A stretch of DNA of 63,633 nt, filler included, from Choristocarpus tenellus KU-1152 (lineage: Eukaryota > Protista > Phaeophyceae): the NCBI GenBank assembly GCA_964200185.2. It is 11 parts of 11 records of this genome, joined end to end, with 100 filler letters (N's around TTAATTAATTAA, not from the genome) between each part and the next. Parts side by side here need not be neighbours in the genome. Positions count along the whole stretch, not along the records: positions 23,137 to 28,318 come from CAXNAD020011592.1; positions 28,419 to 32,627 come from CAXNAD020015686.1; positions 32,728 to 35,676 come from CAXNAD020023441.1; positions 35,777 to 38,524 come from CAXNAD020025083.1; positions 38,625 to 52,656 come from CAXNAD020001296.1; 6 more parts are not named here. One strand, 5' to 3'. How positions within the stretch are numbered: position 1 is the first letter of the stretch; each line of letters opens with the position of its first letter. Of the stretch, positions 26,176 through 39,336 are shown in pieces. A model generated the notes under the pieces. That model searched no databases and was not told the DNA's origin. It saw nothing but the letters and a program-made list of their open reading frames with translations. A program made the position numbers and the translations under genes.

Positions 26176-26736
26176 TATTGTACGATTAGTCATATTTTTT
26201 TCCTTATTATTAATATTATTTTCTTATTTTTACTATTGTCTTCATCACATCATTGCTACTATCACTACTATTCTTTGCGCATGAAATCTAGATTAGTTAA
26301 TTAGCCGCGTCTTAGCCTTCCATCCACTCTACTACTCCTCAACCAATATCATACCACTTCTTCCTTCTCTCCACACACTATCCCTTGTCACCCCACACAC
26401 CATGCAGCTATTTTCCGCATATCCACTCCCCAACCACAGCAGACAATTTACGTGTTGTCCAATGACTAACCAATGGGTTCAATCTCCGCAAATCCACTCC
26501 ACCTTCCTCTTAAACACTCTACAGCACCCCACATTCCTCCACAACACTCTACCCCTCTTTACACCACTTTACACCACTCCACAACGCTCCACACTCATAC
26601 AAGAACGCCTCCCAATCATCCACTCCCATACTGAGCCTTTGAACTAGAAAACATCTACCCCACCCAAACTTGACCCCCTCCCCCGCTCCAGATTGCTCAG
26701 CGATTGCCTTGATCCTGCCCCTTCTTGTCCTCCTAA

Positions 26737-26915
26737 GATCCAAAGTATCTGGAGGGGGAGGGAGGATCTACACCAAGATGTCCGTTTGGACCATAACCAG
26801 GAAAAGTGCATTTACATTATCCATCCGACGTATGCAACCAAATCACCCAAAAATCGCGACATGAAAAATTGAACCCAAATGGACAGCCGCCACCACCCTC
26901 CAGATACTTTGAGCC
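26737..26915. mobile_element. MITE family C
   Basis: TIRs GATCCAAAGTATCTGGAGGG ... CCCTCCAGATACTTTGAGCC, flanked by a (C)TAA duplication. Confidence 0.8.
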
Positions 26916-27783
26916 TAACTCCACCTTCGCCTTTTACATTTCATTCTGCCGTTAATTTCCTATTAACTTCTTGATTGTACTGTCCGCCTCCCAGCCATCC
27001 AGTCTATAACTTTCCGTCTACTATCCTAATCTTTTTCTTCACCTTCTTTTTCTTAACCTTTGCATTGCACTCTGTCAAGATTATGCTTGACCATTTGTGA
27101 GAATATGATTTGAAGTATTATTTTATGTACGCACAGAAGATAATGCGGGACATTCGGGATATTTAGGCGGGGTATTTGACCAGAAGTAATCGGTGGACTA
27201 TTAGAGTTGGAGTGTGTCCGACGTGTACTAGAGACCGTTGAGTCAGTTGGTATTCTGAGTCATTCAATGTAAGGATTAGTGAGCCCCACCTAGTGAAGGT
27301 ATCTCACTCTCTTCTCAACCGTGATACAAGCTAATAAACAATAATATAACTGGTTGTGTGGGACAACAGATCGTCAAGGACAGCTTAACACACTCTCTAT
27401 TTCATTGTGTTATGTGCACAATGCTGTACCCGAAATTGATACTCCTCCTTTCCACACACAATTTTTTTTATTCATCAAACGCTCTTTCTCCAATTGTACA
27501 ATAATGGCATATTCTTGCCCTTTCTCGAGATCCTTGGAATGCAATCTTTCCTATAACTCAACTGGTTTGGATCATTATCATTGTTACGATTATTTTTATT
27601 ACTAGTACTACCTTTATTTTTGTCATAATTCATTCCTACTATCAACACCATCATTATTTATCTTGTTAATCCTAACATTATTACTATTCTCATGATTATT
27701 TTCGTGATCGTTCATATTATTACTATTGTTATGATCACCATTTATATCCTTATTTCTACGCTTCTCATCAATATTATGATTGC

Positions 27784-28092
27784 ATTATTATTATTATTAT
27801 GCCCTCTGACATTTTGAAGATGTGTCAGGGGAAAAGGCAATGAAAACTGTTCCCATGTCAGAAAATCCCTAAAAAGTAACAGTTGTCGCAAAATGTGAGA
27901 GACGTTCATCTATTTAATATTTTACTACCAGCTATGCTGTACCACACTGCCTTTCTGTATCTCCAACCTAGCTTAGTCCTGCACCCCAGGGTGACGAGCT
28001 AGGGAAGCATCCCAAAAATCTAACAAGCCCCTCCTTGCCCATCTCCCTGATGCCTCCAGCTTAAAACGTGTGACACGTCGAGATAGGGTTAC
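27784..28092 (-). mobile_element. 5'-truncated copy of the REL LINE with an (AAT)n tail
   Basis: The reverse strand reads VTLSRRVTRFKLEASGRW..., then the UTR ...CCCCTGACACATCTTCAAAATGTCAGAGGGCATAATAATAATAATAAT. Confidence 0.8.
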
Positions 28093-29974
28093 CAATATTA
28101 TCATGATCATTGTTATCATCATCGTCATCACTTTGTTCTTCTATTTCAATTAATATATATCAAGGAGGAGGAGATGGGATTGTGGAGGTGATGGAGGAAG
28201 GCAACAACGGTAGACCCAAAGTATCTGGGGGGGGGGGGGGGGGGGGCGGGACACGACGGGCCGGGAGTCGGGGCGCCGGAGGGACAGGTCAAGCAACAAC
28301 ACACCACCACCAACCACANNNNNNNNNNNNNNNNNNNNNNNNNNNNNNNNNNNNNNNNNNNNTTAATTAATTAANNNNNNNNNNNNNNNNNNNNNNNNNN
28401 NNNNNNNNNNNNNNNNNNCCACCTGGACAGCCCCCCCCCCCCCCCCCCCCCCAGATACTTTGGCCCAGTAGAAGTTTTTTCATAATTTGCTGGAACTGTA
28501 TTGGAGAACCAGCAACTCGTGTTAGCACCGATGTTAAAATTTGCAACACAAACGTATTCTTTCCAAGTTGTCACAAGTGATTCCGATGCCATGGCTGTGT
28601 ATTTTGCTCTGAACTGGGGTGACTGTTTCGAGGAGATCATAACCTAACGACATGGCCAGAGAATTGCCGAAGCAACGTGTGAAATGATCTCATAAGTATC
28701 CCAGTGATATCGGGACAAGCCTGCACGACTATGCATACACTTTCCAACGCGTATGGTTTGTACTGACTGCTGTATCATCATATTAACTGATACAGATTGT
28801 GATTAACACGATTGTCAAATCGAAGACAGAGTTGTATGAGATGGCTGCCACAGTACCAGACCTGGGACGTCGCATTGCTCCAGCTAGGCACATGTTTACG
28901 GTGAGGTGTTTAGGACAATACTCTAACCACTACTTTCTCCCGTATGACTCCTTATGAAGGTGTGATGATATAAGAGGGGTATTTTATTTTTTACTACAGG
29001 ATATTAGACAATGTCAACATATCCATATACTCTGGAGTACATGTTTCTTTTGTTTAACATCAAGAGTGTCACATTAACTAGTGTTGGTCACCTTTTAACG
29101 TCAATCATATCCGAGATTAATTTCTTTTTGAAAACTGGAGCTTTGGTTAAGGACCGATCAGGGCTCCCGCCATTGTCCCAAACTTGATGTTTGACTGTAT
29201 CGCCACATAGGCTCTCACATGTCTCACGTCTTACTATTTGCTGGCACAAGGAGATAACAGAGTGCGACATTTTCGTTTACATTTTTGTAATGTTCGGTAC
29301 AATATATGGCAGTCTCGTATGTAGTGTTAGGGCGAGTTAGATTGGTTATAGCATTAGATGTTGCAATGAGAAAGGCACACACCCCTATACATTAGTTCTT
29401 GTTCAGTGCATGTCTACCCAAATACCCAGCTGCAGCTCTCAGCCATGATACCTTATCTAAATCGCTCTGCCATCACCTGCATTGAGCATATGCAATGGAC
29501 AATCATTTCCAGTTGCATAGGTTGACAATACCTGCTCTCCTTTCTACAGGTGTGCACGGACTGCCCAGCTAGTCTGTTGCCTTTTCACATCAAGATCTCA
29601 CCTATTGCAAAATGTGAGACACGTGAGAGGCTAGCTGAAGATACAGTTGAGCATAAAGTTTGGGACAATGGCTTGTGCCCTGACTGGTGCATGGCACAAG
29701 CTCCAACTTCCCAATTGAAGTTAAGGTCAGACATGATTGATGTTCGAGAATGTAATTCTGACGAACACGACAGGTGATGCTACTACTGGCAGCATGCAGT
29801 TATTCTGAGTAAGAGATCCTCTCTCCTCTCATGCATGCTGGCCTTCTGTTGATGTATCCGCTTACTTTTCCAAAACAACTGGTGCCTCTACTGCAACTAG
29901 AACGATGACTATCATAGAAGATGGAGGAAGAGTGAGTCCATCGCTCAGACATGCTCTGGATGTAGAACTGAGGG

Positions 29975-30163
29975 AGGCATTTTGGAGTTGGAAAATGTCA
30001 TAAAAAACCCCATGGGAAGCCAAGCCTCACAAATGTATACATTTTACCTACTCTGAAACATCTTGGAGTCGGAAAATGTCATTAAAAAAACACATGGGAA
30101 GCCAAGCCCCACAAATGGACAAAGAGGGAAAAAATCGTACCCTCTAAGATTTAGTTTCACTCA
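29975..30163. mobile_element. MITE family A, right part with an internal duplication
   Basis: TTGGAGT(T/C)GGAAAATGTCAT..CATGGGAAGCCAAGCC occurs twice, followed by the right TIR. Confidence 0.7.
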
Positions 30164-31226
30164 AAAAAAAAATCACATTATTTTGAGTGGATGAGTCGGA
30201 TATGCAGGCATTTGTTTTACTTTTATTATTCTTCTGCCGACCATCTTACACTGTGTGTTTGTGTTTTTTTTCATATTTTTGGATTTGAAGGAGTATCATG
30301 TAGAGCACACTGGCAAAGCAATTTATTTTGATAGTACTATGTTGTAGAAAGTCAAAGTACTTATGAGGTAGGCAAGTTTGTACCCTTTTTGCATTCTGAA
30401 ACCATCTTTCTCTTATTCCTTTGTGCAACGCACTCTGTATCATTGCTTTATGTGCATAACAGTGTACGCAACATTGATGTTCCCTTTCCACTCACAAATC
30501 GACACCACAATTCATCAACGGCTCCTTCTTTTCCTTTTCCAAATGGCACCCCCCTGAGCCTTCTCCGAATTTCCAAATGTAACCTTTACGTGTCTCTCCA
30601 TCAATTTTGTTCAGAATCCGTTGGGACAACCTGTATTGGGATTGCGATATGTGAAGGTTATGCAACATACGTTGATAGGATATTATGAGAGGGAGCAGGG
30701 AAGGAGCAAAAAGAAATGACAGAGTAGAGCAAGGTGCATGTAGTAGGAATCAATCCAATTCATAATTAGTGCACACAGTTAGGGGCAACTGGTTGGATAC
30801 CCGTGAAAGTCACAATCCAAGGGGGGCATCGGATTGGTGTGACCGCCAGAAGATCGTGTAGTCTTTGTCGTTATTTGTTTGGCATTTATCCTGAAATATA
30901 AATCAAGGTTCATTGCAAGGTGATACTTGTCTTGATACTCGATACTCCGTAAGGGTCATAGTTGGAGGTAACTAGGGATAGATACACACTCGAGGATTTT
31001 TGATGAAATGATCAGTAGCATTCTATGCTTCAGCAGTCTCAACCTTCAATATCCCTTGGCGTGCATGATGAAATTGAAAGGTAAAGCCAGATTGTAGGGT
31101 GATCGCTGGTTTGGTTACCCATGAAAGTCATAGTTTGGTGAAAATTTGTTCTACCTTTCCCAGTCATACATGAAGGCATTCATATTGTTAAGACGATGAA
31201 TGATGTGGCTTGGCAAAGGACATTGT

Positions 31227-31485
31227 GAGTCCAAATAAACGAGAGGTACCCTGAGTTGCATTTTTAGGATGCTGACAAATATGTCCAAAATTCGACATTT
31301 TTTACAACTGCGTATAGGATATTTCTGAATTGTTTTGGAAAAGTTTCAAGCAATAGAGAAATACACGCTTTCGAGTCAAACTTCGAACTTCATCAATAGA
31401 AATATGGGTGAATTGCAAAATATTGAAAACAGACTTGAAATGCAAAACTGTCAAAGACCTGTGTAACTCTCGTTCACTTAGGTTC
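31227..31485. mobile_element. MITE family B
   Basis: Homologous to 3464-3758; TIRs GAGTCCAAATAAACGAGAG / CTCTCGTTCACTTAGGTTC. Confidence 0.7.
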
Positions 31486-32194
31486 TATGTTGCTTGGTGC
31501 CAATATATTATAATACGGTTGCAAGGGGCTTGTTATCTCAATTCCATTTGACTGAACTCATGGGAGTCAGAACTGGTGGTGCCCTTCACTATTCCAATAG
31601 TGCGGGGTCAGCAATCCTCCACACTGTGAATCGCCTAATTGCTTGTCTTCAGTATGACAAGCATATCTAGAGCAGAGCACTTATCACTGGAAATCAATCA
31701 GTCGATACATTTGGTGTATGACGTTATACATAAAGTACACATAATGTTCTCACTACGCAACAATACTACACTGACACTCCCATCACTAACTCTACATCCT
31801 ATTTTCTACTCCACCAGTGGTGTCTACAATGTATCAGCAGCACTATCCACCAACATACGTTACCAACCTTGTTATTGTTGGGGTATTTGTGATAATAATT
31901 AAAAGGTGACTTATCATCGTTAGGAGATACTTCTTGATAGTGTCATAATTGGAGGACCAGGTAATAATAGGATTAGCAACTAGGGGTAGATACACTTGTT
32001 CAGTGTACTGCTTGGACACGTAATCATAGTGTTTTTCCACTCAGGTCGCAAACTGGGATATCCCTTGGGATTGTATGTAATGAGATTGATTAGATGACAC
32101 TGAAACGTGATATCTGTTCTGATATGTCATGGAAGTCATGATTGGGGATCTGATGGAGGCGTGATCAGTTGCAGATTGTGTTACCCTGCAGCAA

Positions 32195-32560
32195 ACATTA
32201 CCAGTGTGGCTTTCCCCCCTCCTGTTGCACAAATATGTTGTGTCTTTCTGGGCTAGGTATGCGGGCCTGGATTGCTGGGATGTTATCCTCGATCATCAGC
32301 TTCTTACATACCTCTCCTCATACACTGTGGCTGGCACAAGCACCTTGGCACCCTTGGGTCCGTATTAGCTCGAGCAAGGAGCGACTGTATTGTCAATGAT
32401 TGGTCAGATCCCGATTCTTCTTATCAAACCACACCCTGTTGAAGAGCTTCCTAGGGCGGTCCACAGTTGCAAGAAACATCACCGTCGTAATATAATGCTT
32501 ATTATATGTCCGTGGGGGTTTGGGGGGGTCCTCAGTGAGGTGCAGGTACACACCTTGCCC
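32195..32560 (-). mobile_element. Second DD39D-type mariner family, transposase fragment
   Basis: GVYLHLTEDPPKPPRTYNKHYITTVMFLATVDRPR..WFDKK and MIEDNIPAIQARIPSPERHNIFVQQEGGKPH match the KVMFLAAVARPR and QQDNAxPH motifs. A family A MITE end abuts it at 32562-32627. Confidence 0.75.
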
Positions 32561-32727
32561 AGAGTGAAAGTATCTTAGAGGGTACAAGTTTTGCCCTGTT
32601 TGTCCATTTGGAGCTTGGCTTCCCATGNNNNNNNNNNNNNNNNNNNNNNNNNNNNNNNNNNNNNNNNNNNNTTAATTAATTAANNNNNNNNNNNNNNNNN
32701 NNNNNNNNNNNNNNNNNNNNNNNNNNN

Positions 32728-35539
32728 GGAAGATGGAGGAGGAGGGGAGGAGGGTGATGGAGGGCACGGGGCGCACCAGTGCAAGAAAGTGTATCATCCT
32801 TACTGTCTGGGGTTCAACGTTGGGGACCAGGACTTGGTGTGCTGCCCGAGGCACGCCTGTGATATCTGTGGAAATACTTCGGAGCACTTCTGCAGGTCGA
32901 ATTTTTTTTTTTGGAGGGGGGGAGGGGGGGGAGGGTTCAGGATACCTTTTCTTTTTTTTTTTGTCCGTGTGCTCATTCGTCGTCGAGAGGGTTTACATGT
33001 TTGGAGGAGGCGGGCGTGGCATCGTGTCCCGTGTCCCGCGGCCATTGCATGATGTGCGCGTTCGCTTTGATGCGCTCGCTCGCATTTTTTATTTTTATTA
33101 TTATTGTTGTTATTTATTGTTATTGTTGATATTGTTATTTATTATTATTGTTATTGTTGATATTATTATTGTTAATTTTATTATTTTTATTTTTATTTAT
33201 TATTATTATTGATATTATTATTGTTAATTTTATTATTATTATTGTTGTTGTTGTTGTTGTTGTTACTATTGTCCTCTCAGGTTCTGTCCGGTGTCGCTGT
33301 GTACGAAACATTATCGATACCGTTATGATGTCATGGATTTCGTGGCCAAAACGGGGAAGGAAATGTTGGTAAGGGTAAAGAAGGACGCCATCGTTGGTGG
33401 TGGAGACCCCCCTGCCTCCGAGAGTACAAGCAGCGGCTGCGGAAGGGGCGGGAAGAAGAGGAGTCAGTGCGTCAAGAGTTCCAAGAAGGCGAAGAGGCGT
33501 CGTTGTGAGGGACTACAGGCAGGAGGGGGGAAGGAGGCTGCTGCTACTGCTTCCCCGGCGAGGAAGCAGGGTAGAGGTGGGATGTTGAGGGGGCTTGGGA
33601 ATGCGGGGGATGGGTGGGGGTGGGAGGGGCGAGAATTTGTGTGCTGGGAGTGCTATGGGTTTGCGAGGCGGGCGGTTAGGCAGTATGGACTGCTGAGGAC
33701 AGCGGAGATGGAAGGCGTTGTTCTGCCGTACGCTGAGAGCGAGGTGTGTTGAGGGGAGGGGAGGGGGGAGCAGAATGATTTTTTGTAGGATGTTGAAGTG
33801 GACATTTGTTGCACAGGAACAAGGGATGCAATGTTTTGTATACATGTCTGTCTGTCTGTCTGCCGATAGCTTTGACATACCAACCCAGGATTGAAAACAT
33901 GACCCTCCATTGTGCCAGTGACTGATTTTGATAAAATATATATACATATACATACATATATATATATATATATCAGAGATTGCTGTTATCTTGATGTTTA
34001 TCCAGTCAGTGTGGCTGTATGACGTTCACTGATGACATCACTAATTAATCCATAGAACCATTAGTTGCCATTTTCTTCTCCAGTAGTCATACTGTAACAC
34101 TGACTGTACAACAACTGAAACCCTAACCCTATGAGTCAAAGTATCTTAGAGGGTAGAGAGCCACATCCGTTTGGGGGCCAAAATTCGACGTTGCAGTTTT
34201 GATGTAATTTCGACTGTTGTGTTTGTTAAGAAGTGTCAATATGATATCTATGTTCCGGATGCACCTCTTCACAACGTACACGTTTCGGAGTGGGTATAAT
34301 GTCATACAAAAAAGTAACTGAAAATGATACGTATAGCTCAACTGAGGTGGTGGGGCAGGGGGACACTCTCTTTGTGGATGATAGGAGAAGAAGAAAAAAA
34401 AGAAGCAATCTTGACATGTGTTGGGGGGGGTTTTGAATGTTGGTTGTACTGATCCATTATACGAATAATTTCTAGATTGAAACATTGATGCACATTTTTT
34501 TCTTTTTTTGAGGGGAGGAGGGGGGGGGGGGGGGGGCGTAGGGAAAGCCTTAAGTGAAGAGGCATACAGCTCAAGGCACGCGTTTGAAAGAGGGAAAATA
34601 CGATGCATTTTAAATACGGTCGTGTTGTGGGTGAGATACTATTGTTTCGCCTGGAGGCGTAGACTCTGCAGATGTGGGGTACTATTTTTTTTAATATCTG
34701 CTTAACAACGCCTGAACTGGTGCAACGGAATGCAAGGCATACTTTATTTTATATATAACCCTTTTGCGCCTTTTGAGTGTGGAGGGCCTTCCCCTCCACA
34801 TCCTGCTCGATTTGAATCTATAATCTATAATCTGAAGTGCCACCTTGTGTCCACCACGCCTTCTATGCTCGCTTAGTTTTACACCTTGACTCCACTGCCC
34901 TCTGCTAATCATCGGCGGATACGGCTCTCCATTCCCCCCCCCACTCATGGCGCTTAGGGTAGTGGGGATGAAAGCGAGGTTGAACTGGACTCCGAAGAGT
35001 CACTGATACCTTCACAGCGCTCCCGTCCCAGCTCTAAGCCTGCCAAGGTGAAGGCCAAGGTCAATATCACCGCCTCCTCCGTTGCTGCCTCCAACTCCCT
35101 CTCCAACTCTGTTGGCAGTCCCATTCCCTCCACCGGTCTCCTTGCACTCAAACCTCCTAGTGGGTATGTTGAGAGCAAGGGTGCGACAGTCAGTGTTGAT
35201 ATCCAGTCAACAATGAACACTACAAAGCTTGACACCGGTGCTGTTGATGTGAGTGCATCCCCCTCAGCGATGGAGCTCGATGAGGAGAAGGGACGAGGTG
35301 GAGATGTTTCCACAGTCATGGGTAAGGCTGATTCTGGGACTGGGACTGGGACTGGGACTGGCGTAGGAACCGAGGTGGTACAAGCAGAGGCAGAGTCCTG
35401 GAAAGAGGGAGGTGCATCGGGAACTAACTTGCTGGGAATGGTGGGTGATGGAGATACCTCTGAAACAGCTGCTGTTCGCGATGGAACAGGAGATGGAAAT
35501 TGCAGGGAGGGAGAGGGCGGGGGGGGGATTACTCCTTAG
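32728..35539 (+). CDS. PHD/C5HCH (NSD-type) zinc-finger chromatin protein, partial
   Basis: Exons 32728-32895, 33281-33743 and 34958-~35539 are phase-compatible. Product: CKKVYHPYCLG..CCPRHACDICG..HFCR|FCPVSLCTKH..EFVCWECY, then a low-complexity S/G/E tail. The 3' end lies in poly-G and is unreliable. Confidence 0.75.
34133..34325. mobile_element. MITE family A, left part (intronic)
   Basis: GAGTCAAAGTATCTTAGAGGGTAGAG..., directly preceded by CCCTAACCCTAT. Confidence 0.75.
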
Positions 35540-35611
35540 CCATTGTAACTTGTATTGGGGAGAGGGTGGGCATAAAGGAGGATGTGACGGGTAATGGACA
35601 AATTGGGGTGT

Positions 35612-35644
<33 letters not shown>

Positions 35645-36154
35645 GGGCGCTGTGTTTCTTCGGGGGGGGTGTGGTGNNNNNNNNNNNNNNNNNNNNNNNN
35701 NNNNNNNNNNNNNNNNNNNNTTAATTAATTAANNNNNNNNNNNNNNNNNNNNNNNNNNNNNNNNNNNNNNNNNNNNGGGGGGGGTAACAGCAAGCATGCG
35801 GGAAGAGGATCTGCAGTTTACCTACTCTCTGATCGTGCTCGACACTTGCATCAATGGTCACACAAAAAAAAATGTACTATACCACAGGTGCCTCCAGACT
35901 AGTCTCGTATCCTTGTTCCAAAGCCCCCTTGAGAGTAATGTACCTTATTAATGTACCTACAAAGGTCTCTCGTTAGTCTCCTCTTGCACTAAGGACTCTT
36001 GTTAGTCTCCTCTTGGGGAACAGCGAACAAAAACACCATGGACAAAAAATAATCATTATGGACAAAAGACAATCGAACTGCTTGACACCCCTCTGCTTAC
36101 GGCTGAGACCAACAGCAGTACAAGCACTCTCTATGAAGAGCTGCATACGATGCC

Positions 36155-36428
36155 ACCACCAACATTCCACTAACAAACATTCCACTAACAAACACTTCAC
36201 TAACAAACACTCCACTAACAAATACTTCACCAACAAACACTCCACTAACAAATACTTCACCAACAAATACCCCACTAACAAACACTTCAACAAACACTCC
36301 ACTAACAAATACTCCACTAACAAATACTTCACCAACAAACACCCCACTAACAAACACTCCACTAACAAATACTCCACTAACAAATACTTCACCAACAAAT
36401 ACCCCACTAACAAACACTTCACCAACAC
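36155..36428. repeat. 15-bp minisatellite, about 18 units
   Basis: (T/C)CACYAACAAAYACT repeated; reads TNKHS/TNKYF on + and GVFVS/GEVFV on -. Confidence 0.9.
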
Positions 36429-37306
36429 ACCGTAGACAATTCCCCTCACCCTCTCCCCCGACCGTGAAGAGAACCACAATCCCATCATCCTGAACCTGGA
36501 GCTATCCGCCCCCCCTCCCCCCAAACCCTACCCTCCATCCACCCTTGGCCTCACTGCAACTCCTCGTTTATTTTTCTTTTCTTCATTTGCATAACATTAA
36601 AATTCTGGATCACGCTAAAGTATGGTATTTATTTATTTTTTATAGGCATGAACCCCGACAGCACTTACAGACTACGTATGGTATCTATCACATCAGATAT
36701 CACATCAGATATCACATCAGTCCAGCACACTCTTGATTGCAGATTACAGGCAGTTAGGTCAATCCCAATTACAATTATGTAGGGTCACAGGGTTAGGGCT
36801 AGGGTCACAGCACACTTCTGCATGCAAACAGGACTGAGGGTTAGGGTTAGGGTTAGGGTCACAGCACACCGGTGACAAAATAGCTCCTGGTTGGTCATAA
36901 ATCAATCAAACAATCAATCAAATAAAAATTTTAATTAAATTAAAATTAAAATAAAGCTAACATTGCACAGGTGAGAACGTCCGTTTGCCATTGCTCAAGG
37001 TAACAATAAAACAGGAGTTCTTTTAAAAATAGGCATGCGTGCGTTTGTGCCCGCTGCACCGACGATGCACAGAATATCATATTTTTTTTAATTAATCTTG
37101 ACAAAAACAAAAACAAATATTTTATCGGTTGAAATTGCAATTTTTATCTGATCAGGTGAGGCCCTGACAATGATGATCAGCACCGGCTCACAATTAATAT
37201 AAATATATATAAATATAGACTCATTTCAATCTACTTGTAAAAACTGACTCAATACACTCCTGCCAACTCTCTCTCCCCTCCCCTCCCCTTCCCCACCCAC
37301 CCTCAC

Positions 37307-37967
37307 CAGAAGTCCCCCAGAGGGCTCAACAAGTCCTCGTTCTCCCTGCCCCCGTGAAGAAAGATGGCGTGGAGCTCCTTGACATACACGCTGGCGTGGC
37401 TGTGTCTCCCCAGAGGTCGAGCTCTCGTTTGGCCAGGGCACGTTGCACCTTGACCTCCTCCTTCGGGGTGACCACCCTGGCCGGTTGCATCATCTGCTTC
37501 AATTGTTTGCAGTCAAACCACATGCATTTTTTTTTTAATACAGAGTTAGAATAGCCGTGATGAGATCAAAGATTGAATGGAGTGAAAAAAAATTTTAATG
37601 GAAATGCAATTAAAAGAAAGTTTTTTTTTTAAACCAAAACTATAAGTTTGAGGAAGGCATAAAAGAATTCAAAAAAATACAGTGAAAAATAAGAAGAAAA
37701 CTGTACTGTGCGGTACCATATAATAATAATAATAATAATAATTTTTAAAATCTAAACAATACATACATCACACCAACACACACACAACACAACACACAAC
37801 ACATAACTTATAGCGATCACACCTTCACAAACCCAGGCATCAGCATCGCTGGCAGGCTTCAGCTCTTCCCAAGCATTTAACAACAGATCGTACGAGTAGA
37901 GAGTGTCAGAACACTTGATCTTGCCCTCCCAAGTCCAGTTGCAGCCCCCAAAAACCAGCATCCGTTC
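37307..37967 (-). CDS. Kelch-repeat protein, two internal exons
   Basis: Exons 37823-37967 (ERMLVFGGCNW..SDTLYSYDLLLNAWEELKP) and 37307-37493 (RPLGRHSHASVYV..IFLHGGRENEDLLSPLGDFW) join in phase (G|AT). Confidence 0.82.
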
Positions 37968-39336
37968 CTTAATCAGAGCCGGACAAGAGAGGGTTAGGGT
38001 TAGGGTTAGGGTTAGGGTTTGAAGGGAGATCGCTGGAAGCAGGGGAGTGGGGGTGGGGGGAATGGTGACCCGGGGAGAAGGGGGTACTCTCTATGTCTTT
38101 AGTTCATCCCGATAGAATCAACAATAGTGCAAGTCCTGAAGTAACCTTTGTCTGACTACGTATCCCTATTACTTGTTGACATGATAGGCATGTCCACACC
38201 CAAAGTCAAGGCCACAGACAAAAGTGCAGTTGTCCCCTGGGTCATCCATCCATCTACCCCCTCCCCCAACACAGTCGAAGGTACAAAACCAACGCCTCCA
38301 ATGCTTTTAGAAAATATCTCGGCGTAACAACAGCAGCCAACTGCACAGGTACGTACGTACTACCACCACTACACGGTCAGGGTTAGGGCTAAGGCAAGAC
38401 GAATAGCATTTCCACTGGCTCCATTACACTGATTCAAAAGATGCTATAGAAAAAAAAGTTCGACGCACGAAGAGACCCCCCCCCCCCCCCCCCCCCCACA
38501 ACACCCCCCAAAAACAAAACCCCCNNNNNNNNNNNNNNNNNNNNNNNNNNNNNNNNNNNNNNNNNNNNTTAATTAATTAANNNNNNNNNNNNNNNNNNNN
38601 NNNNNNNNNNNNNNNNNNNNNNNNGTGTGACCAGTAGTGGAAAGGAGGTACAAAAAGTGAATCCAAGTCAAAGTCTTTTTTGGGGGGGGGAGGGGGGGGG
38701 GGTCCGGAGGGGTTCATCGGGGTTGTCAGCTTCACGTCGGGGTCCAGCGGTTTGGTTCCACTTGGGGAGGTCTATTGTGGTGACATCAAAACATTTGTTC
38801 TTGTTTTTGAGGGGATGTGGTGTGTTCTTGTTCGCCTCGTTGGCAGGCGTTGGTTGCTTGGGTTTTTTGCTGCATTGGTAGACGTTTATTATGGTGACAC
38901 GCCGCTTTGATGATGGCGTTTGTTTCGTATACTGTGATGCGCTCGGTGGGGAGTGTTATCATTGAGTGTTCAGTGCGACGGAGAGATGTGGCGGACTCTT
39001 TTTTTATACTTGATGTGAATTTTGTCTTTATTTTTTGTCTTTTTTATTTTTATTTTTATTTGTATGTATGTTCCGCTGAGAGTAAGCGCTTCATATCTGA
39101 GCCTTTAAACCCTAACCCTAACTCTAAGCGGAATTTGAAACCCTGCGGCGGCTGAACCGATACAGTAGGACACAGAAGAGCCTCTTCATGACATGATCCC
39201 TAACACTAACCCTATGGAGCACGCGATGGCCCTTGTGGTCCCCCCCCCTCCTGTAGGATTTTTGTCTCCGTTACCCTGCCGTGTAGACTTCACCGAAGCC
39301 CTAACTCTCTGGCCTATCCCTGATCTGTTTCGACAG

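Noticed and set aside
25860-28092. Large TIR element formed by 25860-26175 and 27784-28092
   Set aside because: The arms are two independent LINE 3' ends in opposite orientation, diverged and without a TSD.
35973-36524. Repeat-protein ORFs (LLVEC / TNKHS)
   Set aside because: These are open frames produced by a stop-free 15-bp minisatellite.
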